DNA of 64,000 nucleotides from Planctomycetota bacterium (GTDB taxonomy: Bacteria; Planctomycetota; PLA2; JAEUHO01). The position numbers were made by a program, and so were the translations under genes. The DNA lies in NCBI GenBank assembly GCA_050248855.1, contig JBFWRP010000001.1:251419-315418 (forward strand). Direction: 5' to 3'. A model generated the notes under the pieces. The model saw only the letters and a program-made list of their open reading frames with translations, was not told the origin of the DNA and did no database searches. The stretch's first letter is position 1. Every line of letters begins with the position of its first letter. Shown in pieces: positions 54,009 to 63,213 of this stretch.

Positions 54009-56464
54009 CGGGCCCCTGCGTGCCCGACGATCGAGGCCGAGGTGATCGGCGGCACCGAAGCGCGCGGGAACCGCCGGCCTTCGATCGACACGCCGGTCTC
54101 CACGTCGCGCAACGAGAGCACGCAGGGGTCGTCGAGCGAGCGGCCGAACAGCGTGACGAACAGGTCGTGGTCGACCAGCGCGCTGCGGGGGTCGCAGCCC
54201 CGCGCCTCGACACGCCGACGCAGCTCCTCCACGCGCACGCCCTGCACGGTGAGCAGCTCGTACCACGTCTGGCCGATCCGGACGCGCACCTCGTCGCCGT
54301 CGTCGACCACGTCCGACCACGGCATCCGATGTCGGTCCCACCACACGGCGCGGCGATTCGCCTTCGTGTTGGGAACGTCGCGGTGCGTCACGACCGTACC
54401 CGTCTCCAGGTCGCGGAGCTGCAGGTCCACGGACGACCCCGGCCGCTCCCCCATCTTCGCCATCACCTGGACGAGATCCTCGCTGAAGCGCTTGCGCCAC
54501 GCGCGTGGGGCGGTCTGGCGTGTGTACTCGACGATCAGCCCGGCGCGCACGCCGTCGATCGACTCCAGCCCCCAGCGCCGACCGCCGACGAGCACGATCG
54601 GCTCGTCGCCCAGCCAGCGCACCTCCTCGAACGCTGACCGCTCGGGGTACATCCAGCCGCCGGCGCCGATGTGCGCGTCAAGATCCATGTCCGCGGGCCG
54701 AAACGCGGTGGCCGATAGCGCGAGCACCAGCGTCGCCACGATGGCCGTCGCGACCCGATGCCGACTCACGAGCTTGCCCGTGCGGTACAGGAGCCCGGCC
54801 GGACGGGCGAGGATCGGTCGCCGCTCGAGATACCGACGTAGGTCGTCCGCGAGCGCGGCGGCCGTCTCGTAGCGCCGCGCCGGCTCCTTCGCGAGCGCCT
54901 TGCCGAGGATCGTCTCGAGATCCCCGCGCACGACCCGTCGTGCGCGTCGCGGTACCTGCGGCGGCGCCTCGCGGATGCGGCGGATCGCCTCGGCGATGTC
55001 GGTGTCGTCGGTGCGGTAGGGCGGCGCGCCCGCGAGCGCCTCGAAGAGCAGAACGCCGAGGGCGTAGACGTCGGAGCGGCGGTCGACATCGGCGCTTTGC
55101 CCCCGCGTCTGCTCGGGACTCATGTAGGGCAGCGTGCCGATGAGGCCCGTGGCCGTGAACGTAGGTGTACCGTCGTCGAGGTCGAGGAGCCGCGCCAGGC
55201 CGAAGTCGAGCACCTTGGGGCGGCCGTCGGCGTCGACGATGACATTGCCGGGCTTCAGATCGCGGTGCACGACGCCCTGCTCGTGGGCATAGTCCACGGC
55301 CTCGCAGATGGCGACGAACAGCTCGAGCTTGCGTCGCACGTCGTCGCCGAGCAACGCGACGTGCTTGTGGAGCGGCGCGCCCACGACCCGCTCCATCACG
55401 AAGAAGGGCTCGCCCGTCTCCGTCTCGCCGCCGTCGTACACCGCAGCGATCCCCGGGTGGACGAGTCTTGCGAGGGCCAACGCCTCGCGGCGCAGGAGCC
55501 GGTGCTCGATCGGGCGCGCCGCCATCCCGTGCCGCAGCACCTTCAGTGCGACGATGCGCTGCGGGGTCGTCTGCCGGGCCTCGTAGACCACGCCCATCCC
55601 GCCCTCGCCGAGCACGCCGAGGATCTCGTACCCGCCGACGCGCGCGGGGAGCCGACGCCGCGGCGCGGCCGCGCCGGTCGCGATGTCCACGCGGGTGTGC
55701 CCGTCGCCGAACAGCGCGAGGAGCTTGGCCACGCCGATCGCGAACGTCGTCCGCGCGACACGGGGAGGGAGCGCCGAGCGTAGCGTGTCGAACGCCGCGG
55801 GGACGTCGACGCCGCGCAGGTCGCGGTAGGCGTGGCGGTGGCGCACGAGCCACTCGAGCTCGTCGAGATCGGCCCGGGCGTCCTGGACGGTGATCATCCC
55901 CCCGTCGTCCCCCCCCGCGACCAGGTCCGCGAGGTGCGCATACCGCGGATCGACGACGCTCGCGTGCACGCGATCGACGCGCCGGATGGGCACGTCCTCG
56001 CGCGCCGGGCGCGCCGTCGATGCCTCTGCGGCGCGAGCGTACGTCCACGCCGCGCGGCGGTTCGACGCCGTCATCTCGACGCCGTCCAGTCGTACCTCGC
56101 GACCGTCGGCGACATCCACGACGAGGAGATCCACCGTCGCGACGTCGTCGTCGCCCATCCGGATCAGGATCTCGGCGAGATCCTCCGTGACGCGCTTCTG
56201 CCACCGTCGCCCATACTCGTTCCGCGCGAACCGCACGAGATCCGCGACCGGGTGTGCGTCGAGTCGCATGAGGCGGTACCAGCGGTCGCGCACGCGGATC
56301 TCGACGAGATCGTCGCCCGGGAGCCGCGTCGCGGTGAACGGCGCCAGCTTCGGGTACTCGTCATCGTCGCGGGCCATCGCGCGCGCGGGCCACGCGACGA
56401 GGGCGGACAAGACGGTGGCGATCAGGCCGGTGGTGATCGCGACGGCCGGCATGGCACGGTGCAT
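54005..56464 (-). CDS. Membrane Ser/Thr protein kinase flanked by three copies of an unrecognised ~90-aa module (one N-terminal, two C-terminal)
   Basis: ORF 54005..56746 is trimmed to ATG 56464 (MHRAMPAVAITTGLIATVLSALVAWPARAMA) with AGGGAG 7-8 nt upstream. Kinase motifs are LGEGGMGVVYEA, ALKVL, HRDLKPGNVIV, DFGLARL and GTLPYMSPE. The TM helix after the kinase is VATAIVATLVLALSATAF. The repeated module RRWQKRVTEDLAEILIRMGDDDVATVDLLVVDVADGREV...NRRAAW recurs as RAWRKRFSEDLVQVMAKMGERPGSSVDLQLRDLETGTVV...NRRAVW and again, more degenerate (DEVRVRIGQTWYELL...). Confidence 0.7.
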   Translation of the reverse strand: MHRAMPAVAITTGLIATVLSALVAWPARAMARDDDEYPKLAPFTATRLPGDDLVEIRVRDRWYRLMRLDAHPVADLVRFARNEYGRRWQKRVTEDLAEILIRMGDDDVATVDLLVVDVADGREVRLDGVEMTASNRRAAWTYARAAEASTARPAREDVPIRRVDRVHASVVDPRYAHLADLVAGGDDGGMITVQDARADLDELEWLVRHRHAYRDLRGVDVPAAFDTLRSALPPRVARTTFAIGVAKLLALFGDGHTRVDIATGAAAPRRRLPARVGGYEILGVLGEGGMGVVYEARQTTPQRIVALKVLRHGMAARPIEHRLLRREALALARLVHPGIAAVYDGGETETGEPFFVMERVVGAPLHKHVALLGDDVRRKLELFVAICEAVDYAHEQGVVHRDLKPGNVIVDADGRPKVLDFGLARLLDLDDGTPTFTATGLIGTLPYMSPEQTRGQSADVDRRSDVYALGVLLFEALAGAPPYRTDDTDIAEAIRRIREAPPQVPRRARRVVRGDLETILGKALAKEPARRYETAAALADDLRRYLERRPILARPAGLLYRTGKLVSRHRVATAIVATLVLALSATAFRPADMDLDAHIGAGGWMYPERSAFEEVRWLGDEPIVLVGGRRWGLESIDGVRAGLIVEYTRQTAPRAWRKRFSEDLVQVMAKMGERPGSSVDLQLRDLETGTVVTHRDVPNTKANRRAVWWDRHRMPWSDVVDDGDEVRVRIGQTWYELLTVQGVRVEELRRRVEARGCDPRSALVDHDLFVTLFGRSLDDPCVLSLRDVETGVSIEGRRFPRASVPPITSASIVGHAGAR

Positions 56465-56748
56465 GGGGGGACTCCCTGAAGTCGGTGCTCCCCGACGTAG
56501 ACACCGCCCGCCCCGATTCGGCGGGTGTCCAGCTCCCTCGACGCCACGATCCGCACGCAAGTAGACGTCTTTCGACGGTGCCCCGGTACCTCCAGGAGCT
56601 GCCAAGACGATCGGAAGGAGGACGCGCCAGGACGATGCCAAGCGCCTTGCCCATCCGTGGCTCCCGGGCGACAGTCGGTGAGGACCGAGGCCGGAGGGCC
56701 CACCGCGCTTCGGGGCGCGCCCCCGGTCCCCGTGCCGAGGAGGCAAGC

Positions 56749-57528
56749 GTGGGCGACGCGCCGCATCACGATCGGGCCCGGACCCGCTCGGAGCTCGAGG
56801 CCCTCCACACGCCGGAGGCGATCCGTGACCGCCTGGCGGCCGGACCAGGGAACAGCTACCTCCGGGACATGGTGTTTGGCGCCCTGGACGGCACGGTCAC
56901 GACGTTCGCCGTCGTGGCCGGCGTGGCTGGCGCCGGTCTGGCTCCTCCGGTCGTCGTGATCCTTGGGATGGCGAACCTGCTCGCGGACGGCTTCAGCATG
57001 GCCGTCGGCAACCTGCTCGGCCTCCGTGCCGAGCGACAACGCGTCGCGCGGATGCGAGAGATGGAGGCCCACCACATCGAGACGGTCCCGGAAGGTGAAC
57101 GCGAGGAGCTGCGGCACATCTTCGGCTCCCTCGGACTGGAGGGGGACGTGCTCGAGCGGGTCGTGGACATCGTCAGCCAGGACCGCGAACGGTGGATCGA
57201 CGTCATGCTCCAGGCGGAGTTCGGTGTCCCGACGGCGCTTCCCTCGCCGTGGCGGGCGGGCGCGGCGACCTTCGGTGCCTTCGCAGTCGCCGGCGCGCTT
57301 CCCCTCCTCCCGTTCCTGCTGCAGGTGGTCGCGGGAACCAAGATGGACAAGCCCTTCCTATGGGGCACCGCACTGACGGGCGTGGCGTTCTTCCTGATTG
57401 GCGCCGCCAAGGGCCGCGTCGTCGGGCGCGCCTGGGGCGTCTCGGGACTCGAGACGTTGGGCGTCGGGGCCGTCGCCGCCGCGCTGGCCTACGCAGTCGG
57501 CGCACTCCTCGGCTCCTTCGCGGTCTGA
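56749..57528 (+). CDS. VIT1/CCC1-family iron/manganese transporter
   Basis: GTG 56749 has GAGGAGG 6 nt upstream. VIT signatures are RDMVFGALDGTVTTFAVVAGVAGAGL and ILGMANLLADGFSMAVGNLLG, with C-terminal TM helices. Confidence 0.75.
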   Translation: MGDAPHHDRARTRSELEALHTPEAIRDRLAAGPGNSYLRDMVFGALDGTVTTFAVVAGVAGAGLAPPVVVILGMANLLADGFSMAVGNLLGLRAERQRVARMREMEAHHIETVPEGEREELRHIFGSLGLEGDVLERVVDIVSQDRERWIDVMLQAEFGVPTALPSPWRAGAATFGAFAVAGALPLLPFLLQVVAGTKMDKPFLWGTALTGVAFFLIGAAKGRVVGRAWGVSGLETLGVGAVAAALAYAVGALLGSFAV

Positions 57529-57865
57529 GGCCACGGCGGACCGCCAGGCCCCGTGGGTCCGGCGTTGCGGAGGGGCAGGTCGCGTCTGCCGCTTCCAGGC
57601 GTCCCCGCCCATGTCCGCCAGGGGCCGTCCACGCTCGGCTTGGCGCACCCCGCTGGCATGGGACTTCGAACGCAGCGCGGGCACGCTTCACCACGTTCCA
57701 GTGCCGAACGCTGCCCGGCCGCACGGCGATGAAGTACTTGCCCGCCATCGCCCCGACTCTTGGCCTGGCTTGCCCCCAAGGGTGCCACGTGGCAATGCCG
57801 CGCCTGACCCGGCGGAGCGCAAGCAACCGTGGTGTACCCTGCCCACTCCCCCACCCAGGAGCCCC

Positions 57866-58303
57866 ATGCCCAACATCGCCGCCGTCCTGAAGGGCGAGAT
57901 CCGCCGCCTGGCCCGCAAGGAGATCCGCGAGCAGGTCGGGTCGCTCAAGAAGACCGTCCACGACCAGCGCGGAGCCATCGCCGAGCTCAAGCGCCAGAAC
58001 GCCGACCTGCTGCGTCGCTTGGGCTTCCTCGAACAACGCGAGGGGAAGCGCCTGGCCACGCCGCCCCCGGCCTCCAAGGCCGCCGACGTCCGGTTCTCGC
58101 CCAAGTGGATCGCGGCCGACCGCAAGCGCCTCGGGTTCTCGGCGAAGGACTACGCCCGCCTCGTCGGGGTGTCGCCGCTCACGATCTTCAGCTGGGAGAA
58201 GGGCAAGTCCAAGCCGCAGGCGAAGCAGCTGGCCGCGTGGGCGTCCGTCCGCGGCATCGGGAAGCGGCAGGCGGTGCAGCGGTTGGGGCTCTTGCCCGAC
58301 TGA
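57866..58303 (+). CDS. Small coiled-coil + C-terminal HTH (XRE-like) protein; founder copy of a locally repeated gene
   Basis: ORF 57398 is trimmed to ATG 57866 (MPNIAAVLKGEIRRLARKEIREQ...) with AGGAG 5 nt upstream. The HTH-like segment is FSAKDYARLVGVSPLTIFSWEKGKSKP. A 5'-truncated paralog lies at about 61700..62062 and a 3' fragment at about 62845..62917. Confidence 0.6.
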   Translation: MPNIAAVLKGEIRRLARKEIREQVGSLKKTVHDQRGAIAELKRQNADLLRRLGFLEQREGKRLATPPPASKAADVRFSPKWIAADRKRLGFSAKDYARLVGVSPLTIFSWEKGKSKPQAKQLAAWASVRGIGKRQAVQRLGLLPD

Positions 58304-58484
58304 CCGGCGCCGCCCCCCGGTGTCCGTTCAGCCCCTGAGGTGCGGACGTGCGGCTCGCCAGATGCCCGGTCCCACCGTGAGGGGTGCAGGGGTGGTGCGG
58401 AACCAGCACCCCTGTCGCGCAGGCGAAGCCGGAGCACCGAATCCGCGCGTGAGCGCGGAACGCCAACGGGGGACCAGACCACGA

Positions 58485-58718
58485 GTCGTCGCCGACGCGT
58501 ACAGGGCCGCGTTCAGCTTCGGCGAGCTGGACAGCAAGCTTGGCGACGCGAAGGTCTTCGTGGCGCTGGACCACGACGGCGAGCCGCTCTCGGACAAGCA
58601 CGCCCCCGCCGAGCTGATCGTGACGTCCGATGGGAAAGGCTCACGCCGCGTGCGCGCCATCGAGACGATCGAGGTCATCGACCTGGGGGCGAAGGGGACA
58701 TCCGCGAGCGCACGCTGA
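58485..58718 (+). pseudogene. C-terminal remnant of a sulfite-oxidase/MsrP-like molybdopterin oxidoreductase
   Basis: VFVALDHDGEPLSDKHAPAELIVTSDGKGSRRVRAIETIEVIDL resembles the C-terminal NGEPL..EHG.P.RL.VP...G.K.VKWL..IE. of MsrP/YedY-type enzymes. No N-terminal Mo-cofactor domain precedes it. The upstream part of ORF 58320 is Arg/Gly-rich and not protein-like. Confidence 0.35.
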
Positions 58719-58833
58719 TCTGGAACACCCTCCCGCGGCACGTGCCTGCATCTCGCAGGCCGAAGACACGACCTCGAAGCGCCGACGGCTGGTCCAAGGT
58801 AGCGTGAGGTCGGTCACGTGAGGACGATCCAAG

Positions 58834-59442
58834 ATGCCCGAGCAGCGCCGCGTTCCTACATCACGCCCTCACCCGTGGCACGGTCTACCCGTGGGCCCCG
58901 GTACGCCAGGCGTCGTGCACGCCTTCATCGAGATCACGCCCTTCGACCTGGTGAAGTACGAGATCGACAAGGCGTCCGGCTTCCTGCGCGTGGACCGGCC
59001 GCAGCGCACGTCGGCGCTGCCGCCGACCCCGTACGGGTTCGTGCCACGCACGTACTGCGGTGAGCATGTGTGCGCCATCATGGACGGTGCCACGCGGGGG
59101 GACGGTGACCCGTTGGACATCTGCGTCATCAGCGAACGCATGATCAATCGCGCCGAGACGCTCCTCACGGCTCGCGTCATCGGCGGGCTGCCCATGCTCG
59201 ACGGTGGCGAGGCCGACGACAAGCTGGTAGCGGTCCTGGACGGAGACCTGCTGTGGGGCGGCGTGGAGGACCTGGACGACCTGCCATCGGCCCTGGTGGA
59301 GCGGCTCGTCCACTACTTCTCGACCTACAAGTGGTCCCCCGGCACCGCCTCGCGCACGACGCTCGGGGAACCCTACGGGCGCGCGCACGCGCTCCGGGTC
59401 CTCGACGCTGCCGTGGCCGACTACGACGAGGCCTTCGGGTAG
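58834..59442 (+). CDS. ppa: Inorganic pyrophosphatase (family I)
   Basis: PHPWHGLP...[29 protein letters not shown]...[10 protein letters not shown]...KLVAVLDGD...FSTYK are family I pyrophosphatase signatures. Confidence 0.85.
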   Translation: MPEQRRVPTSRPHPWHGLPVGPGTPGVVHAFIEITPFDLVKYEIDKASGFLRVDRPQRTSALPPTPYGFVPRTYCGEHVCAIMDGATRGDGDPLDICVISERMINRAETLLTARVIGGLPMLDGGEADDKLVAVLDGDLLWGGVEDLDDLPSALVERLVHYFSTYKWSPGTASRTTLGEPYGRAHALRVLDAAVADYDEAFG

Positions 59443-59777
59443 CCTCCACGGACCCCTCCATGGCCCGCGCCTCAGGCAGATCCGACCACGCGATCGCGAG
59501 CATCACTCACCGAAGGTCAGCCGGGCGAGCTCCTGGGTGAGCGGCGACTTCGCGCCAGCGCACGCACGCGCTTGGCGCGGCGGGGCGGAAACGTGACGAG
59601 CTGTCGAATGCCCTTCTCGTCGGTAGGCATGAGCACCACGGTGGACCACCATGCGCCGTGATCCACCACCGTGGGTCCCAAGGGATCCAGATCTCCAGGA
59701 ACCTGAAGCCCCGGCTCCCGGCGTGGTCCGGGACCAAGCCGAGCCGGCGCGCCACCAGTCCCGGGTGCGCGCCCGCA

Positions 59778-60299
59778 TCACGTACCGGCAGGCCGCCTGA
59801 GCTCCACGGTGGGCCACGGCTCGGCTTGCCCGCCGACGATCGAGAACCCGTGACGCGCATACAGGCGTTGCAGAGCGACGTTCGTCGCGTGCGTGTGGGC
59901 TTGGAGGTAGGCAAGGTCGAGGTGCCCAAACCACGCCAGCGCCTCCGCCATCAATGCGGACGCCGCGCCCAGCCGACGATGCGCGGGCAGCACGTAGCGA
60001 GTGAAGAAGTAGCCGTACGGCCGACCATCGTCATCGACCTTGTGGAAGATCATGGAGTGTCCGACGAGCTGCCCGTCGGGACCCTCCGCGACGAGGAATC
60101 GATGACTCGGCTTCGGCAAGGACTCGGCAAACATCGCCCGCATTCGACCAAACGTGAAGTTCGGCCACTGCGCCAGCGCAAGGGCCGCACTCCCCTCCAG
60201 CTCCGGGATGGACTCCAGTGGCGTTGCCATCGCCCACCGCGTCACGGTGTCGAGTTCGCTCGGCGACGTGGGCTTGAGCTCGCGAATGCGGAAGGTCAT
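59778..60299 (-). CDS. GNAT-family N-acetyltransferase
   Basis: ORF 59778..60392 is trimmed to ATG 60299 (MTFRIRELKP). The acetyl-CoA motif A region is RRLGAASALMAEALAWF. Also present: YLQAHTHATNVALQRLYARHGF. Confidence 0.7.
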   Translation of the reverse strand: MTFRIRELKPTSPSELDTVTRWAMATPLESIPELEGSAALALAQWPNFTFGRMRAMFAESLPKPSHRFLVAEGPDGQLVGHSMIFHKVDDDGRPYGYFFTRYVLPAHRRLGAASALMAEALAWFGHLDLAYLQAHTHATNVALQRLYARHGFSIVGGQAEPWPTVELRRPAGT

Positions 60300-60754
60300 G
60301 GGCGCATTCCTGAGGCGTGCGAGTGTACCGCACCCAGCGTCCGCGGTCGGCCTGGGTCGCCCGCCTTTGGGGGTCCGCCGGGAGAGGGCCAAGAGTGCTT
60401 CCTCGAGCTCTCTTTCCTCTTCACTACTCTCACCATCACGGCCCCGTGGGACGACGGTGGGACGTCCTCGTCAGAGCCATGTCGTCGAGCGACTCGACCT
60501 CCCCGCCGACGCCGTCCGCACCCGCATCCACCGCGGGCTCGCGCAGCTCCTCGAGGCGCTCGACCGCGAGTCCGGGGACAGTGGGACGTGGGCACCACCC
60601 TGGTTCCGCTCGTCAGCAAGGCGGCTCCCCACGCTGAACGAAGTTCGAAACACTCTCTCGGCGGGAAGCGGGCTCACCGCGCGCCTCGGCGAATCCTGCC
60701 GCGCACTGGGGGCGAATGGTGACCATCCGGCGTCGCGAGATGGTGCGTCGCACG

Positions 60755-61657
60755 TCAGGGGCCGTCTGAGAGGCGTGCACTCAGCAATACCTGCAAGGGG
60801 GGCGAGCCCGCGTGCTCGTCCTCCACGTTAACAATCCAAGATTGCCAACGCTCGTTCACAGCGATCTGATTGTCCTCCGGCAGCTTCAGCGTTGAGCGAC
60901 CAGAGGTCCCCTCCACGAAGGCCAGCCGGTCCCCACTGCTACGATGCGACCGCTCCAGCGAGCCCGAGGCGCAGTACATGGACAGCGACCAAGGGCCATC
61001 CGCGGAGGGCGCATCAGCACGAAGCGAAACGCGAGTACCGGAAAAGATGTCAAAGCACCTACCAGCCACGGGACGAGCGAGCGTCCAGCCAAGTGTGAGG
61101 CGGGCTGTCTCCCCTGCCGCAATTCTGACTTCCTCTGCGACGGCTCGCATCGCAGAAGACCGAGTGGCCAACTCCAGACACTGCTCACGCGTTCCCAGAA
61201 GTGGAGACAACTTCCAGGATGCGCCCAAGGCAGTCGCCTGTGGACTGGAGAGCTCAATCAGGGCGACCTTGACGACCACGCGCTGCGCCCAAGCGGTTTG
61301 CAGCGCTCCGGAACACCTCGACTCGGCCAGGAAGCCCCGGGTCGTCGGCCATCCTTCGTTCGTGAGTCGGAACACCTCTGTACGAAGTCTCTCAATGAGC
61401 GAGATGACATCTGGCTGTAACGCCGAGCCCAGCTCTGACACCTGCGTCCTCGCAGAGGAGTCAGGATTGTCGACGAGCTCGCGGAATACACGCTGCACCG
61501 ATGGCGGGGCCGACGGACCCACATCGATCTGAGCGGCCGGAGGACCGGAAGGCGTCTCACTACCACACGCCCCCAGAAGCGTCGCCGCCGAACCGAGCCA
61601 CACAGCAGCGTGTGTCCAGGCGTTCCTAAGCACGTTGCCTACCTCCCGCACGGGCAT
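60755..61657 (-). CDS. Lipoprotein of unknown function
   Basis: ORF 60755..62203 is trimmed to ATG 61657 (MPVREVGNVLRNAWTHAAVWLGSAATLLGACGSE, with a lipobox). The RBS is weak. The upstream part of the long ORF is the antisense of the HTH repeat copy. Confidence 0.45.
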   Translation of the reverse strand: MPVREVGNVLRNAWTHAAVWLGSAATLLGACGSETPSGPPAAQIDVGPSAPPSVQRVFRELVDNPDSSARTQVSELGSALQPDVISLIERLRTEVFRLTNEGWPTTRGFLAESRCSGALQTAWAQRVVVKVALIELSSPQATALGASWKLSPLLGTREQCLELATRSSAMRAVAEEVRIAAGETARLTLGWTLARPVAGRCFDIFSGTRVSLRADAPSADGPWSLSMYCASGSLERSHRSSGDRLAFVEGTSGRSTLKLPEDNQIAVNERWQSWIVNVEDEHAGSPPLQVLLSARLSDGP

Positions 61658-62062
61658 GGGATCGTAGCTCGAACAACCTTGGTGTCGCCCTTTCCGTCCT
61701 CTGTCAAGAGGACCGTCCACGACCAGCGCGGAGCCATCGCGGAGCTGAGGCGCCAGAGCGCTGACCTCCTGCGTCGCTTGGGGTTCCTCGAACATCGCGA
61801 GGGGAAGCGCCTCGCCACGCCGCCCCCTGCGTCCAAGGCCGCCGATGTCCGGTTCTCGCCCAAGTGGGTCGCGGCCTACCGCAGGCGCCTGGGGTTCTCC
61901 GCCAAGAACTACGCCCGCCTCGTCGGAGTGTCGCCGCTCACGATCTACAACTGGGAGAAGGGCAAGTCCAAGCCGCAGGCGAAGCAGCTGGCCACCTGGG
62001 CATCCGTTCGAGGCCTCGGGAAGCGGCAGGCGTTGCAACGGTTGGAGCTGCTGCCTGGGTAA
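61610..62062 (+). CDS. 5'-truncated paralog of the 57866..58303 HTH gene (possibly a pseudogene)
   Basis: From about 61700 the product VHDQRGAIAELRRQSADLLRRLGFLEHREGKRLATPPPASKAADVRFSPKWVAAYRRRLGFSAKNYARLVGVSPLTIYNWEKGKSKPQAKQLATWASVRGLGKRQALQRLELLPG is about 90% identical to residues 38-145 of the full copy. The N-terminal coiled-coil part is replaced by unrelated sequence. Confidence 0.4.
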   Translation: MCPGVPKHVAYLPHGHGIVARTTLVSPFPSSVKRTVHDQRGAIAELRRQSADLLRRLGFLEHREGKRLATPPPASKAADVRFSPKWVAAYRRRLGFSAKNYARLVGVSPLTIYNWEKGKSKPQAKQLATWASVRGLGKRQALQRLELLPG

Positions 62063-62138
62063 CGGCACACTGCCTCTGCGGACCGCACAGGGCGGTGTGG
62101 GGCGGAGGATGCGTAGCGACGTCGACGGCGACCTCCAT

Positions 62139-62765
62139 CTAGCTTGGCACCCCCGCGAGGTGGCTGGTGTCGTTGAGGAGGACGAGCTGCGGCCGCCCGC
62201 CACGGAAGTCGATCCTGGAGAGGCCGCAGTTGCCGCGCATCGAGAGCCGGTTGGCGCTTCCCGGGGGGAGGCCGATCAGGTGCGCCAAGAGGACCTTGCC
62301 CGCACCGCCATGCGTCACCAAGCAAACCGTGGCACCTGGATGCCGGACGTGTAGGTCCGCCAGTCCTTCGAGGAGTCGGGCTTCGAGCGACGCGAACGTC
62401 TCTGCTCCCGGGACCAACGGCTGGAGCGAGTTGGCGGCTGCCGAGATCAGTTCGCCGAACTCACGCGGCGACACACGCGACTCTTGGCCCTCTAGATCTC
62501 CCAAACCGAGTTCGCGCCACCGAGGGGAAAGCGAGGGCGTGAGTCCCAGAGACACTCCTAGGATGCTCGCCGTGGAGGCTGCGCGGACAAGGTCGCTTGA
62601 GTGGATTGCATCCACGCCGCACCCGCGAAGGCGAGACGCGAGCAGCGATGCTTGGTGACGGCCACGCGCATTCAAGTCGATGTCCATGTGGCCCTGGATG
62701 CGCCCCTGCTCGTTCCACGGCGTCTCTCCATGCCGGACGATCAGAAGCTCTGCAATCGTGTCCAT
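62139..62765 (-). CDS. Histidine phosphatase (phosphoglycerate mutase family)
   Basis: ORF 62139..62951 is trimmed to ATG 62765 (MDTIAELLIVRHGETPWN) with GGAGGAAGG upstream. The RHG catalytic motif is present and a second His lies in VCLVTHGG. Confidence 0.75.
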   Translation of the reverse strand: MDTIAELLIVRHGETPWNEQGRIQGHMDIDLNARGRHQASLLASRLRGCGVDAIHSSDLVRAASTASILGVSLGLTPSLSPRWRELGLGDLEGQESRVSPREFGELISAAANSLQPLVPGAETFASLEARLLEGLADLHVRHPGATVCLVTHGGAGKVLLAHLIGLPPGSANRLSMRGNCGLSRIDFRGGRPQLVLLNDTSHLAGVPS

Positions 62766-62844
62766 CCTCACCTTCCTCCCGCCCCGCCGGGCCGTACGGA
62801 GCGTAGGGGCAAGCCCAGCCTCGGCCGACTTGATGCGGGGGGTT

Positions 62845-62917
62845 CGCCGCGTGGGCGTCCGTTCGCGGCATCGGGGAGAGGCAGGCGGTGCAGCGGTTGG
62901 AGTTTTTGCCCGAGTGA
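62845..62917 (+). repeat. Orphan 3'-end fragment (~70 bp, ~90% identical) of the HTH gene
   Basis: gcgtgggcgtccgttcgcggcatcggggagaggcaggcggtgcagcggttggagtttttgcccgagtgagc matches gcgtgggcgtccgtccgcggcatcgggaagcggcaggcggtgcagcggttggggctcttgcccgactgacc (58240-58310). It lies in the intergenic region upstream of the phosphatase gene. Confidence 0.45.
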
Positions 62918-62925
62918 GCTGCGCC

Positions 62926-63213
62926 TCACCCACCCACGTCCATGCCACCAAGCGGCGGGCGGATGCGGTCGGCGAGGCTCCGGATCTGCGTGGCCACCTG
63001 GTCCCCCTCCTCCGCCGTCAGCTCCTCGCAGCGACTGGCGTCGTGCAACAGCTCCATGTGCTCGCGCCACAGCTCCGAAGGGGGAAGGGCGAGTTGCGGC
63101 ATCTCACGCAGCGTCTTGGCAGCACGGGCCAGCCGCGCAAGGACCGCCCCCTCGCCATCCAGATCGGCGACGGCCTGGTCGTAGAAGCGCGATGCGTGGC
63201 TGTAGGTGGTCAT
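62926..63213 (-). CDS. Small acidic helical hypothetical protein (95 aa)
   Basis: ATG 63213 overlaps the stop of the upstream small ORF as ATGA. The product is MTTYSHASRFYDQAVADLDGEGAVLARLARAAKTLREMPQL.... I recognised no family. Confidence 0.4.
   Translation of the reverse strand: MTTYSHASRFYDQAVADLDGEGAVLARLARAAKTLREMPQLALPPSELWREHMELLHDASRCEELTAEEGDQVATQIRSLADRIRPPLGGMDVGG

Noticed and set aside
53235-54872. 545-aa plus-strand ORF across the sigma and kinase genes
   Set aside because: It is antisense to the ECF sigma (regions 2 and 4) and to the kinase C-terminal module, and its composition is Arg/Ser-rich.
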